Assembly (NCBI GenBank): GCA_964438295.1
Contig: CAYTKR010000010.1
Location: forward strand, 2,633-66,632
Direction of reading: 5' to 3'
Length of the DNA: 64,000 nucleotides
Origin: an uncultured Anaerolineales bacterium
GTDB taxonomy: Bacteria > Chloroflexota > Anaerolineae > Anaerolineales > UBA11858
Part shown: in pieces, positions 37,847 through 47,517 of the stretch
How positions within the stretch are numbered: position 1 is the stretch's first letter
Layout: every line of letters begins with the position of its first letter
The notes under the pieces: model-generated
What the model saw: the letters and a program-made list of their open reading frames with translations, nothing else
What the model was told of the DNA's origin: nothing
Database searches by the model: none
Translations under genes and position numbers: made by a program

Positions 37847-38293
37847 CTAGTTGTACGCAATACGGAGTCCTTCATTCCCTATGGTGGGTTCGATCAATGG
37901 CTCCCAGCAGGCATCATCCCAGGTGCCCAGGCGGTTGTGCATATCGAGATATTTCTGTGGGATAGGATGTGTCCCGACGACCACTTCCACATCGTAGCGC
38001 GCTTCTAGGAAATCCTTGAACGTGGAAACATACGGGCAGGGTGGATACCCCACTACCAAACCGGTCGCAAGGTGAATAACCTCCGCGCCGTTCTTGACCA
38101 TTTCGTCGCCGGCATATTCGATATTGCCGCCAGGGCAACCATCGCAGGTGGTATACCCGACCAGTTCCACATCCCGATCGGTGTAGCGTCTGAACGCACC
38201 TTCCCGATTCTTTAGTGCACGGAAGCATTTGCCCCCGGCACAACGGCGGTAACGATCGCAAATGATGATGCCGATTTTTTTCGTAACACTCAT
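37847..38293 (-). CDS. CGGC-domain protein
   Basis: IGIIICDRYRRCAGGKCFRAL...YTTCDGCPGGN matches the CGGC domain pattern. The overlapping alternative frame 37914-38300 is rejected. Confidence 0.7.
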   Translation of the reverse strand: MSVTKKIGIIICDRYRRCAGGKCFRALKNREGAFRRYTDRDVELVGYTTCDGCPGGNIEYAGDEMVKNGAEVIHLATGLVVGYPPCPYVSTFKDFLEARYDVEVVVGTHPIPQKYLDMHNRLGTWDDACWEPLIEPTIGNEGLRIAYN

Positions 38294-38303
38294 GTCTCAT
38301 CCT

Positions 38304-39152
38304 TTATCCTATGCTTTGACGAACCACGATACTTTCCAGTGGTGCACCAATATCTCTGGCAATCACTGGGCACTTTACCTGCAAAAGACAGAAAACTTTC
38401 TCTCCTGCATCGCTTAAGGTTTCATAATTCGCCTGCCCTTTTGCAATGATCAGGGGTGCCTGCTCAAAAATTTGGCGAAATTCTCCTGAGCACATGGAGA
38501 GCAGTGTTCCGGGAGCGGTCGTGCCATTGCTGACCAGTGTTGCACATTGATCCAAACCCGCGGCAATCGCATCCTGCGACGTGGCATCATTGAGTATTGG
38601 GCCATCCTTGACAGCATAGATTACTGGAACCGATAACTGCTCTATCAATACCCGATCAAACACAGTTTCGCCTGCGTTATCTCCCAAAAACAGTACATGA
38701 TGCGCACGCTCCAATTTCTCGCGCAGTAAGTCGGAGTCGCAAATTGCAAATTCCTGGACAAGGACTTGGTCAACCACATCACGTAATTCTGCAATCTGCT
38801 CTCGAACTCCAAAGTCGATGATATTTCCGGCGATGGCTATGCGTATCGCTGTATCAAAGGGGTCAGCGCTCCGAGCAACCCGTTGTTTTAATTTTGGATA
38901 CAGTGCTAAGGCATCTTGAGTACTCTTTGATTTAGCGTCCCGAAAAGGATCGTCGACATCGACTTTTTGGCGCACAATGCGATGAACACGATAGGCGATC
39001 TCGGGCGGATTATGGTCAGCCCGGATGTTTTGCATGAGCTTCAAAACGGCCTGAAGTACTGAGAATTGTTGGGCGTCGCTTGCTCCAACCCGGCGTGCGG
39101 CGCTCAATGCCTGCCGTAGGAAGCATGGGTAACAATCAAGATAGGTTTGCAT
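38304..39152 (-). CDS. DUF89/ARMT1-like damage-control phosphatase family protein
   Basis: N-terminus MQTYLDCYPCFLRQAL and ...LFLGDNAGE..., IIAKGQANYE motifs characteristic of DUF89. Confidence 0.7.
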   Translation of the reverse strand: MQTYLDCYPCFLRQALSAARRVGASDAQQFSVLQAVLKLMQNIRADHNPPEIAYRVHRIVRQKVDVDDPFRDAKSKSTQDALALYPKLKQRVARSADPFDTAIRIAIAGNIIDFGVREQIAELRDVVDQVLVQEFAICDSDLLREKLERAHHVLFLGDNAGETVFDRVLIEQLSVPVIYAVKDGPILNDATSQDAIAAGLDQCATLVSNGTTAPGTLLSMCSGEFRQIFEQAPLIIAKGQANYETLSDAGEKVFCLLQVKCPVIARDIGAPLESIVVRQSIG

Positions 39153-39202
39153 TACTATTATGTTCGAATACTGATATATTTTATTTTTTTGGAGAAGAGA
39201 CT

Positions 39203-39664
39203 CTAGAGTTCAAAAATTCCATTCACCATTTCTTCAAATTCTTTTGGCAAGATCGGTCTTCCGGCTTCATCCACAGATGTGCAAATAGTTTTAGCCTTTA
39301 GGATCGTTTTGTTATCAGGTAGGCGGTAAATATCCTGTAAAAACCCGAATCTCATTCGTGAAACTCGTTCAAAATTCAAACCCACTGAAAATTGATCCCC
39401 ACTCCGCAAGGAGTAAAGATAGTCCATTTCTGCCCGGATAACAACCAGATTGATGCCAGCTTCAGCCAAAGCGACAAAATCAATCCCAGCTTGTTTCAGA
39501 AACTGATGGCGCGTATGTTCCAAGTAATGCAGATAAATAGCATTATTAACGATCCCTTGAAGATCACACTCATAATCTCTGACTTCGAAATCTAATGTGT
39601 ATTGGTAATTGTTCATGTTCTTCTTCATTCTATTCTCGAACAAATTAGTTCGACTTGATACCAT
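39203..39664 (-). CDS. acyl-CoA thioesterase (4HBT/YbgC-like hotdog fold)
   Basis: YTLDFEVRDYECDLQGIVNNAIYLHYLEHTRHQFL. The start is uncertain (ATGs at 39664, 39628 and 39616). Confidence 0.75.
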   Translation of the reverse strand: MVSSRTNLFENRMKKNMNNYQYTLDFEVRDYECDLQGIVNNAIYLHYLEHTRHQFLKQAGIDFVALAEAGINLVVIRAEMDYLYSLRSGDQFSVGLNFERVSRMRFGFLQDIYRLPDNKTILKAKTICTSVDEAGRPILPKEFEEMVNGIFEL

Positions 39665-39686
39665 TGACCTTTTTCATAAGAAAAAT

Positions 39687-40886
39687 TTACACTCTGGCTG
39701 GCCGGTATTCACACCATACCTTAATCGCTGGCGCCGTTGAAGCCCACAATAACAAATTCATTACTATTGCCGATGTAAGACACCAGGCGCAGGTAGCTCC
39801 AATGACGAACGGCTCGAGAAATGTGAGATATATCGAGAATAACGCCCCGAATATGGATAGGATCCACAAACCTAAGGTGCATATCTCTCTCCACTTCACA
39901 GGGCCAAAAACTGTAATAAACCAGGCAAACCCGATAGCAAGGTATCCTGCTACACCAAAAACACCCAGGGGAATAATTCCAAATAGGGTGGCATAGGAGC
40001 TTTGCTGTACGGTGTTGCAGTCTCCTACCGGGCCACAGACTGCCTCTGCTTTTGTGACTTCCACAAAGCCCATGTATATGGCTACGACAGTCCCAATGAT
40101 TACCAGCCCTGGCACGACCCAATTTGGCCATGGTTTGAGATTTAAAGCTGAGCGAGAAACTCGGATGCTCAGACCTACGACAGAAAGAACCATCCCGAGT
40201 AGCACAACTACAGAAACCGCATTGCCAGTTACATCTTGTGCAAACCTTTCTCTCATTGATATTTGTGCTGAAGCTGAAATTGCTTCTCCCAGGTCAGCAC
40301 TGATTCCAAGAGACTCCTCATCGGGGTATGTAATCTTTTCCATTGCTATTTCTTTGTCAGAATCGGGCTGTTCAACCTGGACTGTATCAGCAAGTTCTCC
40401 ATTTTCATCAGCTACATCAGCACCTTCGATAACTTCTGACTCAATAAATTTCTGCAATTCTGGGAAATCCGGCCAATTGATACCATCACCTGCCAATCCG
40501 CTCTCAACAATTCCAGGGAACTGCTCGGGGATCTCGAGAGAACCAACCAAAACCATTTCGCCGACGATTAGCGTAGGAACACCCATTCGCTCGCGCGGGA
40601 TCACAAATTGTCGAATAGCTGCCTCGTAAAGTGAATACCCTTGTGCTGTGGATGTGTTTACTCCCAGGATTACTAATTGTTCGGGGAATTTTTCGATCAG
40701 AGGCGGCAGATCTTCGCTAATCACTTTATGACAATGGGGGCATGTTTGAGAGTAGAACAACAAGGCATGCACAATTGGCTCTTCCGCCTGAGCAGGCGTG
40801 ATCAGATGAAACAGAGACATTATCAAGAAGAAAGGCAAAAAGGCAATCCAATAAAGATGTTTCATAAAGAATCTCTCTTTCTCCAT
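39687..40886 (-). CDS. thioredoxin-like domain fused to a C-terminal VKOR (vitamin K epoxide reductase) domain
   Basis: Signal/TM segment, then CPHC Trx-like motif, an acidic linker, then a VKOR core with CGPVGDC...SSYATLFGIPLG...CAWC. Confidence 0.8.
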   Translation of the reverse strand: MEKERFFMKHLYWIAFLPFFLIMSLFHLITPAQAEEPIVHALLFYSQTCPHCHKVISEDLPPLIEKFPEQLVILGVNTSTAQGYSLYEAAIRQFVIPRERMGVPTLIVGEMVLVGSLEIPEQFPGIVESGLAGDGINWPDFPELQKFIESEVIEGADVADENGELADTVQVEQPDSDKEIAMEKITYPDEESLGISADLGEAISASAQISMRERFAQDVTGNAVSVVVLLGMVLSVVGLSIRVSRSALNLKPWPNWVVPGLVIIGTVVAIYMGFVEVTKAEAVCGPVGDCNTVQQSSYATLFGIIPLGVFGVAGYLAIGFAWFITVFGPVKWREICTLGLWILSIFGALFSIYLTFLEPFVIGATCAWCLTSAIVMNLLLWASTAPAIKVWCEYRPARV

Positions 40887-40895
40887 GCTCCATTA

Positions 40896-41966
40896 TCAAC
40901 GCACAAGTATTCCGTCGGACACAATGCGATCAACCTGAATGACAATCTCATCGAAAATATCACTGAAGTATTCTTCAATTTCACCTCTGTCACAGAGAAT
41001 GGCCAGTTGTGGGTCGATGGGAAGTTGTCCTAAGATTTGCGCATCAATAATTCGGGCAGTGTCCTCGGATTTGCTCTCACCAAAAACCTCAATCCTGGCA
41101 CCACACTCGGGACATATAACATGACTCATATTCTCCACTAGGCCGATCAAGGGGACACCGATCTTCTTGGCCATATTGGCCGCCTTACGAACCACCATAC
41201 CTGCCAAGTCTTGAGGGGATGTCACCAGAACAATTCCATCCAGCGGCAGGGATTGCATAACGGTGAGGGCAGCATCAGCGGTTCCAGGTGGCAAATCGAC
41301 GATCAGGTAATCCAAATTTCCCCAGGATATATCACTCCAAAATTGTTCGATGGCCTTGCTGATCAGGGGCCCGCGCCAAATCACTGGCTGATCTCTATCG
41401 GGCAATAAAAGATTTATGGACATCAGCCCAATTCCAGTTTTTGAGATCACCGGCTTCAAACCGTTGGGGCCGTTGACGGGTCTTTGGTTGGCTCCAAACA
41501 TCTTGGGGATACTCGGCCCAGTGATATCTGCATCGAGAAGGCCTACTTGATTCCCTAAACGCCGCAGCGCGGCAGCTAATAATCCAGCCACTGAGGATTT
41601 GCCAACCCCTCCTTTACCACTCATCACGGCGATCACCTTACCAATCTGGCCCCCAGGCTCTTTAATATGCGCCAGCTTGGCCATAGCCGTAAATTTAGCC
41701 CGCTGGTCGGAATTCATCTCGACGACATCGATCTCAGCTTCCAGACAATTCCCGATCTCTTCGATAGCTTGTTCTATCAAAGCAATCAAATCATTCCTGA
41801 TTGATACATCTGGTGAAGGCAAGGCCAATGTCACTTTGATAGAATTGCCATCTAGATCAATATCAGGGATCATGCCTAATTCCACAAGATTACGATTATC
41901 TATGTCTGGATGGTATATCTTCTCAAGAAGCTGAAATACATCGTACTTCATGTTCTTCTTTGCCAT
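40896..41966 (-). CDS. Mrp/NBP35/ApbC-type Fe-S cluster carrier ATPase with N-terminal DUF59-like domain
   Basis: Deviant Walker A SGKGGVGKSSV and CPECG motif. 356 aa. Confidence 0.85.
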   Translation of the reverse strand: MAKKNMKYDVFQLLEKIYHPDIDNRNLVELGMIPDIDLDGNSIKVTLALPSPDVSIRNDLIALIEQAIEEIGNCLEAEIDVVEMNSDQRAKFTAMAKLAHIKEPGGQIGKVIAVMSGKGGVGKSSVAGLLAAALRRLGNQVGLLDADITGPSIPKMFGANQRPVNGPNGLKPVISKTGIGLMSINLLLPDRDQPVIWRGPLISKAIEQFWSDISWGNLDYLIVDLPPGTADAALTVMQSLPLDGIVLVTSPQDLAGMVVRKAANMAKKIGVPLIGLVENMSHVICPECGARIEVFGESKSEDTARIIDAQILGQLPIDPQLAILCDRGEIEEYFSDIFDEIVIQVDRIVSDGILVR

Positions 41967-41997
41967 TTCTCATCTCCTCTATAAGTTAGTAACTTGC

Positions 41998-42666
41998 TCA
42001 TAATAATTTCTCAATATCAGGTACATAGAGTGGCCACAACTGCTCGCTTTGTAATCGCTTGATTTCCATCCGCAGGAAATGAACAAATTTACCCAAATAT
42101 TCTGGTAATGGTTTCGGGAAAAGGCTGAATTTTTCTTGTAAATTTTTTAGACAAGATAGATATAGAATAAACGGATCAACCTCTGCTAAGCACTGTTCGA
42201 AAGGGATCTGTTTATGCGCTTCATCCCACACTTCCCTTCTCTCAGCCAATATGATCTCCACTTCCTCGGCCAACACTGTTTCAATAGAAGACCTAGAAAG
42301 CAATGGCAAGATCGGCGCCTTGGATATCAAAGAGCATTTAGTTTGTCCATCCTTTGATGAAATCTGCAAATCACCACCAAAGGTAAAGGCTTCGACAACC
42401 TTATCAAAACGATCTTCCATAATCACTGTGCCAACAACAGCATGGATTTCTTCTTTTCCTTCCCATGGATGGCGAACCCTCATAACTGAATTCCCCAAAA
42501 AGTCGGAAGCAACCATAAACTGAACAACCTCTGGGTCGTAGTGCTGCAATGTTGGAGTATCCTGAAGGTTAATGTCTAGTTGTCTATGACATAAATGATT
42601 CGGATGACAAGGCGGTAAGAACACATACCCTAATTTCATGTCTACTAATGGGTTCAAGGTAATCAC
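41998..42666 (-). CDS. hypothetical protein
   Basis: 222-aa ORF with no family recognised. ATGA overlap with the upstream radical SAM gene suggests co-translation. Confidence 0.5.
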   Translation of the reverse strand: MITLNPLVDMKLGYVFLPPCHPNHLCHRQLDINLQDTPTLQHYDPEVVQFMVASDFLGNSVMRVRHPWEGKEEIHAVVGTVIMEDRFDKVVEAFTFGGDLQISSKDGQTKCSLISKAPILPLLSRSSIETVLAEEVEIILAERREVWDEAHKQIPFEQCLAEVDPFILYLSCLKNLQEKFSLFPKPLPEYLGKFVHFLRMEIKRLQSEQLWPLYVPDIEKLL

Positions 42667-43673
42667 AATTTACTTCTCGCAATGCGATTCATTCTAAGAG
42701 TTGGTGCAGTTGCAAGGCTTTTCCGAGATTCAGGATATTGCGAAGAAGACGCGCTCCAAAAACGTTTCCCATTCCGAACAATAACCTGCGCCTGTCCGCT
42801 GGAATGTAATTGCGTCAGGATTTTGCTAACATCTCCAGGTGTAAACTTTTCCAAAGAATGATTTAACTCTGCCTCACTCATGGGATGGCGAGTAATTATC
42901 GATATTAATGCCTCGTCGAGCGTATCGCATCCGCTGAGATCGAAACTGCCCTTAATCGGATGAACGACATGGGCGATTTCTCCTAATATTGTTTGAGCAC
43001 GCAGAAGAGCATTCTCATCAGGCGGATGGACCCAGGCCTCTGCCGGAGGTCGAACCGGGAGGTTGATATGCACTTCATCAGGTCGGATTGGCCTAAGTGC
43101 CTCCGCAATACCTTCTAGCGCTAACTTGGTATCGTTCAAATTCCGCACCAACATAACCTCAACCCATAACTCACCCAGATATTCCTTTCGGAATTGAACA
43201 AGCCCGTCCTGAAAACGTTTGAAGGTGATTGCCGGATGAGGGCGATTGATGTTCTTATATAACCAGGCAGTACCAGCATCCAGAGAAGGCAGGACTGCGT
43301 CGGCCTGCAACAATTCACGGCGTACTTCTGGCCGATAGAATAATGCACCATTAGTAATTACTGCTACGGGCAATTCGGTAAGTTTTTTTACTTCACTTAT
43401 CAGCCAACCTATCTTGGAATGTAAAGTAGGTTCCCCTGAACCCACAAATGTTATCCAGTCAATCTCACCAACTTGATGAACAGATAATGCCTGCTTGACT
43501 TCTAATAGGATCTTCTCCTTGGGAATATCCTCTCGCCGCGTGTTGGACAGGGGGACCGTACGCCCCAATTGGCAATATACGCAGTTCCAATTGCAGGTTT
43601 TTAGTGGAATTGGATCAACACCCAAAGATTGCCCCAAACGACGTGAAGGTACAGGACCATAAACATATTTCAT
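42663..43673 (-). CDS. radical SAM protein
   Basis: MKYVYGPVPSRRLGQSLGVDPIPLKTCNWNCVYCQLG (CX3CX2C). The ATG at 43673 follows AGGAGG. Confidence 0.8.
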   Translation of the reverse strand: MKYVYGPVPSRRLGQSLGVDPIPLKTCNWNCVYCQLGRTVPLSNTRREDIPKEKILLEVKQALSVHQVGEIDWITFVGSGEPTLHSKIGWLISEVKKLTELPVAVITNGALFYRPEVRRELLQADAVLPSLDAGTAWLYKNINRPHPAITFKRFQDGLVQFRKEYLGELWVEVMLVRNLNDTKLALEGIAEALRPIRPDEVHINLPVRPPAEAWVHPPDENALLRAQTILGEIAHVVHPIKGSFDLSGCDTLDEALISIITRHPMSEAELNHSLEKFTPGDVSKILTQLHSSGQAQVIVRNGKRFWSASSSQYPESRKSLATAPTLRMNRIARSKL

Positions 43674-43728
43674 CGGATTTCGCCTCCTGGAATCTAGAGT
43701 AAGATCCCTGGAATTCGAGAAATTAGAA

Positions 43729-44922
43729 TTACCTTTGCACAAAGCCGTGATTCTCCAAATTTTGCCTGAGTGAAGGGACGCTCAACGTGTTGGTGCTCCG
43801 AATCCTTTCGGCATGTGACCAAATAGATGACAAATGAGCAACTGCCCACGACTGTCCAGCCAAGTAATCTTCTCGAGAAACACCATAGAAATCTGCCATT
43901 GCTTCTCGATTGTTCAGTTCAACTCCATGGCCTCGGGCATCTGTAAGATCGCCAGCAAGGTTGAAGCGGCCATCATAGCGGCTGCCATCGGGCATCATGG
44001 CATTGCACAATTTGTTTAATTGAGCGAGTTGTTTATATGTCCAGTTTCGAGAGCCTTGAAGGATGGCATTGGTCATTATTGCTCCGTGCAAATTTGTTTC
44101 ATAAAAATCTACATCTCGGAAATTTGCCTGATGCAAATTCGCATGCGACAACTTGGCATTGGAAAGGTCCGCTCCCTGGAAATTTACCAAACTTAAATCT
44201 GCATAGCTAAAATCGGCAGCATATAACTCCATTCCTTGCAGGTGAGCAAATCGTAGTTCAAGCCAATTTAACGATCCGTCAATCAGACACCCGCGTTTTC
44301 GAAGTTCTCGAACTGCCGCAGCAACTTTTCTGTTATCAAAACAACGCAACTTGAGAATCAAACACGCTTCTGAAAGATGCGAGAGCTCAGTGGCCAGCCC
44401 ACTATTCAGACCTTTGACATCAGTTTCATTGCACCCCTTCCTGATCGAGTTTGCTCGTAGCGCTCGTTCATGGGTATCCCCAGGCAGGTCGAAATGACCA
44501 TCATAAATGCTGCCATCCGGCATCGTAGCACCAGACAAAGCATAGAGACTTTCTAATTGCTTATGGTTGAGATTGTGTGTACTCTGCAGATTTGCGCATA
44601 TCAGACTTGCTCTAGTCAGATCAGTTCCATTCAAATCCGCTTCAAAAAAATCAGCATGGTTTAGATGAGCACCACGAAGATCGATATTACTCAAATCGGT
44701 CCAGCGTAGATCAGCCATAGTGAGATTCACCTTTTTCAGGTTTGCACTGGACAGATTCGCATTTTGCATATGAGCAAAATGCAGGTCTATCCCCTCCAGG
44801 CTGCCATCAGCCAGCCAACCATTAGCCCTTAGACCCTCAACTGCATGCAGTACCTTATCATTCTGGAAATCATGCAGTTGCAGGATGAGTTGCCTACATT
44901 TGTTCATTTCTACTGCCTTCAT
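43729..44922 (-). CDS. pentapeptide-repeat protein (internally duplicated)
   Basis: Runs of A(D/N)LxxANL pentapeptides. Two homologous halves each begin L..LR..G(W/C)L.DGSL and end MPDGS.YDG.F.L.GD. Confidence 0.85.
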   Translation of the reverse strand: MKAVEMNKCRQLILQLHDFQNDKVLHAVEGLRANGWLADGSLEGIDLHFAHMQNANLSSANLKKVNLTMADLRWTDLSNIDLRGAHLNHADFFEADLNGTDLTRASLICANLQSTHNLNHKQLESLYALSGATMPDGSIYDGHFDLPGDTHERALRANSIRKGCNETDVKGLNSGLATELSHLSEACLILKLRCFDNRKVAAAVRELRKRGCLIDGSLNWLELRFAHLQGMELYAADFSYADLSLVNFQGADLSNAKLSHANLHQANFRDVDFYETNLHGAIMTNAILQGSRNWTYKQLAQLNKLCNAMMPDGSRYDGRFNLAGDLTDARGHGVELNNREAMADFYGVSREDYLAGQSWAVAHLSSIWSHAERIRSTNTLSVPSLRQNLENHGFVQR

Positions 44923-45272
44923 CAAACGCCATTCGACTCAAATTGCTCCAATGCTTCAAGGGCTTGCGAGCCGTAAACGACTGCTGGACCGCCACCCATC
45001 ATAATAGCTACACCAATCGCATCAACAATTTCATCTCGTGAAGCCCCAGCCTTGAGTGCATCATGGATGTGGAAAGAGATACACCCATCGCAACGCACAA
45101 CAATGCCAATGGCCAGAGCAATCATCTCCTTCACTTTTGCACTCAAGGCCCCATCAGTTGTGCTAGCTTTGTGAAGCTGCATGAAGCCAGCCATTGTATT
45201 AGGGCTTTCTTTGCCATACTTAGCCATAGTTTCAGTGACTTGATGATAGAAATCTGGATAGCTGTGTACCAT
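44922..45272 (-). CDS. carboxymuconolactone decarboxylase / AhpD-like family protein
   Basis: CDGCISFH active-site-like motif. The ATG at 45272 is preceded by AAGGAG. The longer ORF starts with GTG. Confidence 0.8.
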   Translation of the reverse strand: MVHSYPDFYHQVTETMAKYGKESPNTMAGFMQLHKASTTDGALSAKVKEMIALAIGIVVRCDGCISFHIHDALKAGASRDEIVDAIGVAIMMGGGPAVVYGSQALEALEQFESNGV

Positions 45273-45455
45273 GTTTGAATTCTCCTTATTCACAGAATCA
45301 ATAGGGAAATCAAATTCTTATAGGTATACTAACCAATCTCGATATACAAGTCATCATGAAAATGATGATCTTTCGATCAACAAAGAGAAGCCTGGAATAT
45401 GGGAAACATGCAACAAATGATTAGTAGGTTTACTACATTTGTAGTATGAAATCTT

Positions 45456-46133
45456 TTATCCCCCGGAACGAGAGCCAAAGAGTTTTGTGCCAATGCGAAC
45501 AATGTTTGCACCTTCTTCAATTGCAATCAGGTAACTATTGCTCATCCCCATTGAAAGGTATTCCATCGCCACATTCGGCAAATCCATGGTCCTTAGTCGG
45601 TCGAATGCCTGGCGCGTGGCTTGGAAGTATGGGCGGCTATCCTCTGGGTCTCCAAAGCGCGGCCCCATGGTCATCAAGCCTTCCACACGAATGTGTTCCA
45701 ACACGCTCATTCGCTGCACCAGATCATCGATATCCTCCGGCATGACACCCGTCTTATTTGATTCACGTCCGCTGTTGATTTCTACCAGAACGGGCATTGT
45801 AATCTTTGCAGTTGCGCAGTGGCGATCTAATGCCTGAGCGAGCCGCCACGAATCAACGGTTTCTATCATGCCAAAATACTGCACAGCCAGTTTGGCTTTG
45901 TTGCGCTGAAGATGACCGATCATATGCCATGTAATCCGGTCATCTATCGTCTGGACGATCGGGATTGCCTCTTGAACGTAGTTGTATCCAATATGAGTCA
46001 CCCCGGCATCGATGGCGGCCTGCACTTCTTCCAATGTGCGTGTTTTTGCTGCTGCTACCAAGATGACATCATTTGGAATCCTTCCAAGGATTCGCCTTGT
46101 CCTTTCAATAATATTGGTTGCTTGAGATCTCAT
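45456..46133 (-). CDS. yggS: YggS-family pyridoxal-phosphate homeostasis protein
   Basis: 225 aa with LVAAAKTR (PLP lysine), HMIGHLQRNK, LSMGMS, RIGT.LFG motifs. Confidence 0.85.
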   Translation of the reverse strand: MRSQATNIIERTRRILGRIPNDVILVAAAKTRTLEEVQAAIDAGVTHIGYNYVQEAIPIVQTIDDRITWHMIGHLQRNKAKLAVQYFGMIETVDSWRLAQALDRHCATAKITMPVLVEINSGRESNKTGVMPEDIDDLVQRMSVLEHIRVEGLMTMGPRFGDPEDSRPYFQATRQAFDRLRTMDLPNVAMEYLSMGMSNSYLIAIEEGANIVRIGTKLFGSRSGG

Positions 46134-46148
46134 TTTTACTATTCCAAT

Positions 46149-46712
46149 CTACGAGAAGAAACTGGGCCATAAACGCGCTTTGCTTTTTTCGTCTGTAATC
46201 CTCGCAAATGAGTTGGCATGGCTTCGCGGGGAATCTGATCTCAAATCTTCTTGAACTGGTCGAACCAGAAAAACTTGGATTTTTGACTCGCGTAGTAATC
46301 TATCAGCGATAGATCCTATCATCCAGGAGTTACCTCCTCCCTCCCCGAGCGAAGTCATCGCAATTAGGTCGATACATAAACGATCAATTGATGCCAATAT
46401 CGCATCAACAACAGGGCCCTCACAAACTTCATAGCACACTCGCAAACCATCATCACGGATGTCCGTTGAAATCTTCTCTAGGTGATCGGCCATTTCGTCG
46501 CGAATCGTTTTCTTTTGGAGTTCTATTTTTTTCACAACTTCTGGGTTACGCAGAGCATAATCATCATACCCTTTATACAATTCGGGAGGATATTCTACAA
46601 CCCGCAATAATATGATTTCAGCATCGCTACTACCTGCTATCGTGCAGGCAAGTGGCAACACTTTCTCTGAAATATCAGAACCATCAAGCGGGACCAATAT
46701 TCTTTTTAGCAT
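46149..46712 (-). CDS. universal stress protein
   Basis: MLKRILVPLDGSDISEKVL... USP fold with a C-terminal extension. Confidence 0.8.
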   Translation of the reverse strand: MLKRILVPLDGSDISEKVLPLACTIAGSSDAEIILLRVVEYPPELYKGYDDYALRNPEVVKKIELQKKTIRDEMADHLEKISTDIRDDGLRVCYEVCEGPVVDAILASIDRLCIDLIAMTSLGEGGGNSWMIGSIADRLLRESKIQVFLVRPVQEDLRSDSPRSHANSFARITDEKSKARLWPSFFS

Positions 46713-46729
46713 GCTAATTTCCTTTTCAT

Positions 46730-47470
46730 TTATATCTTTGAAACCACGATAATCGCAGCAATCGAAACCCCTATGGCCAATGACACCAAAGTGTAGCGTT
46801 TGTTTTCCTTCTCAACCGCAGGAAGAAGATGGGATGCACCGACATAAACCAAGGCACCAGCGGAAACCGCTAAAAGGATACCCAATGCAGAGCGATTAAT
46901 CCTGTTGATGAAAGGAAAAGAAATAAGCGTACCAATTGGAGTGGTTATTGCCGCGGCCAGAAAAGCATATAAGGTTGATTTCTTCCGCGTAAATCCAGCT
47001 CGCTCTAACAGCAAGAAGGTGACTACCCCTTCTGGGAATTCGTGCAACACCATTCCAATCGCTGAGAGTACACCAGTGAAGATACTTACGTTGAAGGTTA
47101 CAGAATAGATAATGCCATCGATCAAGGAGTGAAAACCAATCCCAAGCATTGGGATGATACCTGCTGAAAGATCAGCACATTCACGCTCGTGGCAAACAAA
47201 AACATTCAAAAAACGATTGAAGAAGTATAGCGCCATAAAACCGGCTAATAGAAATATTGGCGCGGTGTCATTCATTTCAAAGGATTCTGGGATGATATGA
47301 ATAAATGATACAGAGATAAGTACCCCAGCAGCGAAACTCATAAAATAGACAACGTTCTGATTGCCCCAAGCCTCATATTTGCTGATGACATAGATACCAA
47401 TCATCGTAACCAAACACGCCAATATACTGGCTAAGAATACAGCGCTAAAAGTATTTGTAAAAAATTGCAT
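46730..47470 (-). CDS. zupT: ZIP-family divalent metal transporter (ZupT-like)
   Basis: HEFPEG motif and HSLIDG, about 8 hydrophobic segments. ATG at 47470 preferred over GTG at 47488. Confidence 0.8.
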   Translation of the reverse strand: MQFFTNTFSAVFLASILACLVTMIGIYVISKYEAWGNQNVVYFMSFAAGVLISVSFIHIIPESFEMNDTAPIFLLAGFMALYFFNRFLNVFVCHERECADLSAGIIPMLGIGFHSLIDGIIYSVTFNVSIFTGVLSAIGMVLHEFPEGVVTFLLLERAGFTRKKSTLYAFLAAAITTPIGTLISFPFINRINRSALGILLAVSAGALVYVGASHLLPAVEKENKRYTLVSLAIGVSIAAIIVVSKI

Positions 47471-47517
47471 CTCTTGTTTCCTATCCACATAACCAATTCA
47501 CCAGCCAAAAAAGACAC

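Noticed and set aside
37914-38300. 128-aa ORF in an alternative minus-strand frame overlapping the CGGC gene
   Set aside because: The competing frame (37847-38293) carries the recognisable CGGC-domain pattern, whereas this frame is Arg/Cys/Gly-rich without motifs.
40012-40629. 205-aa plus-strand ORF antisense to the Trx-VKOR gene
   Set aside because: The product is Ser/Thr/Pro-rich low-complexity sequence. The opposite strand encodes a protein with clear CPHC and VKOR motifs.
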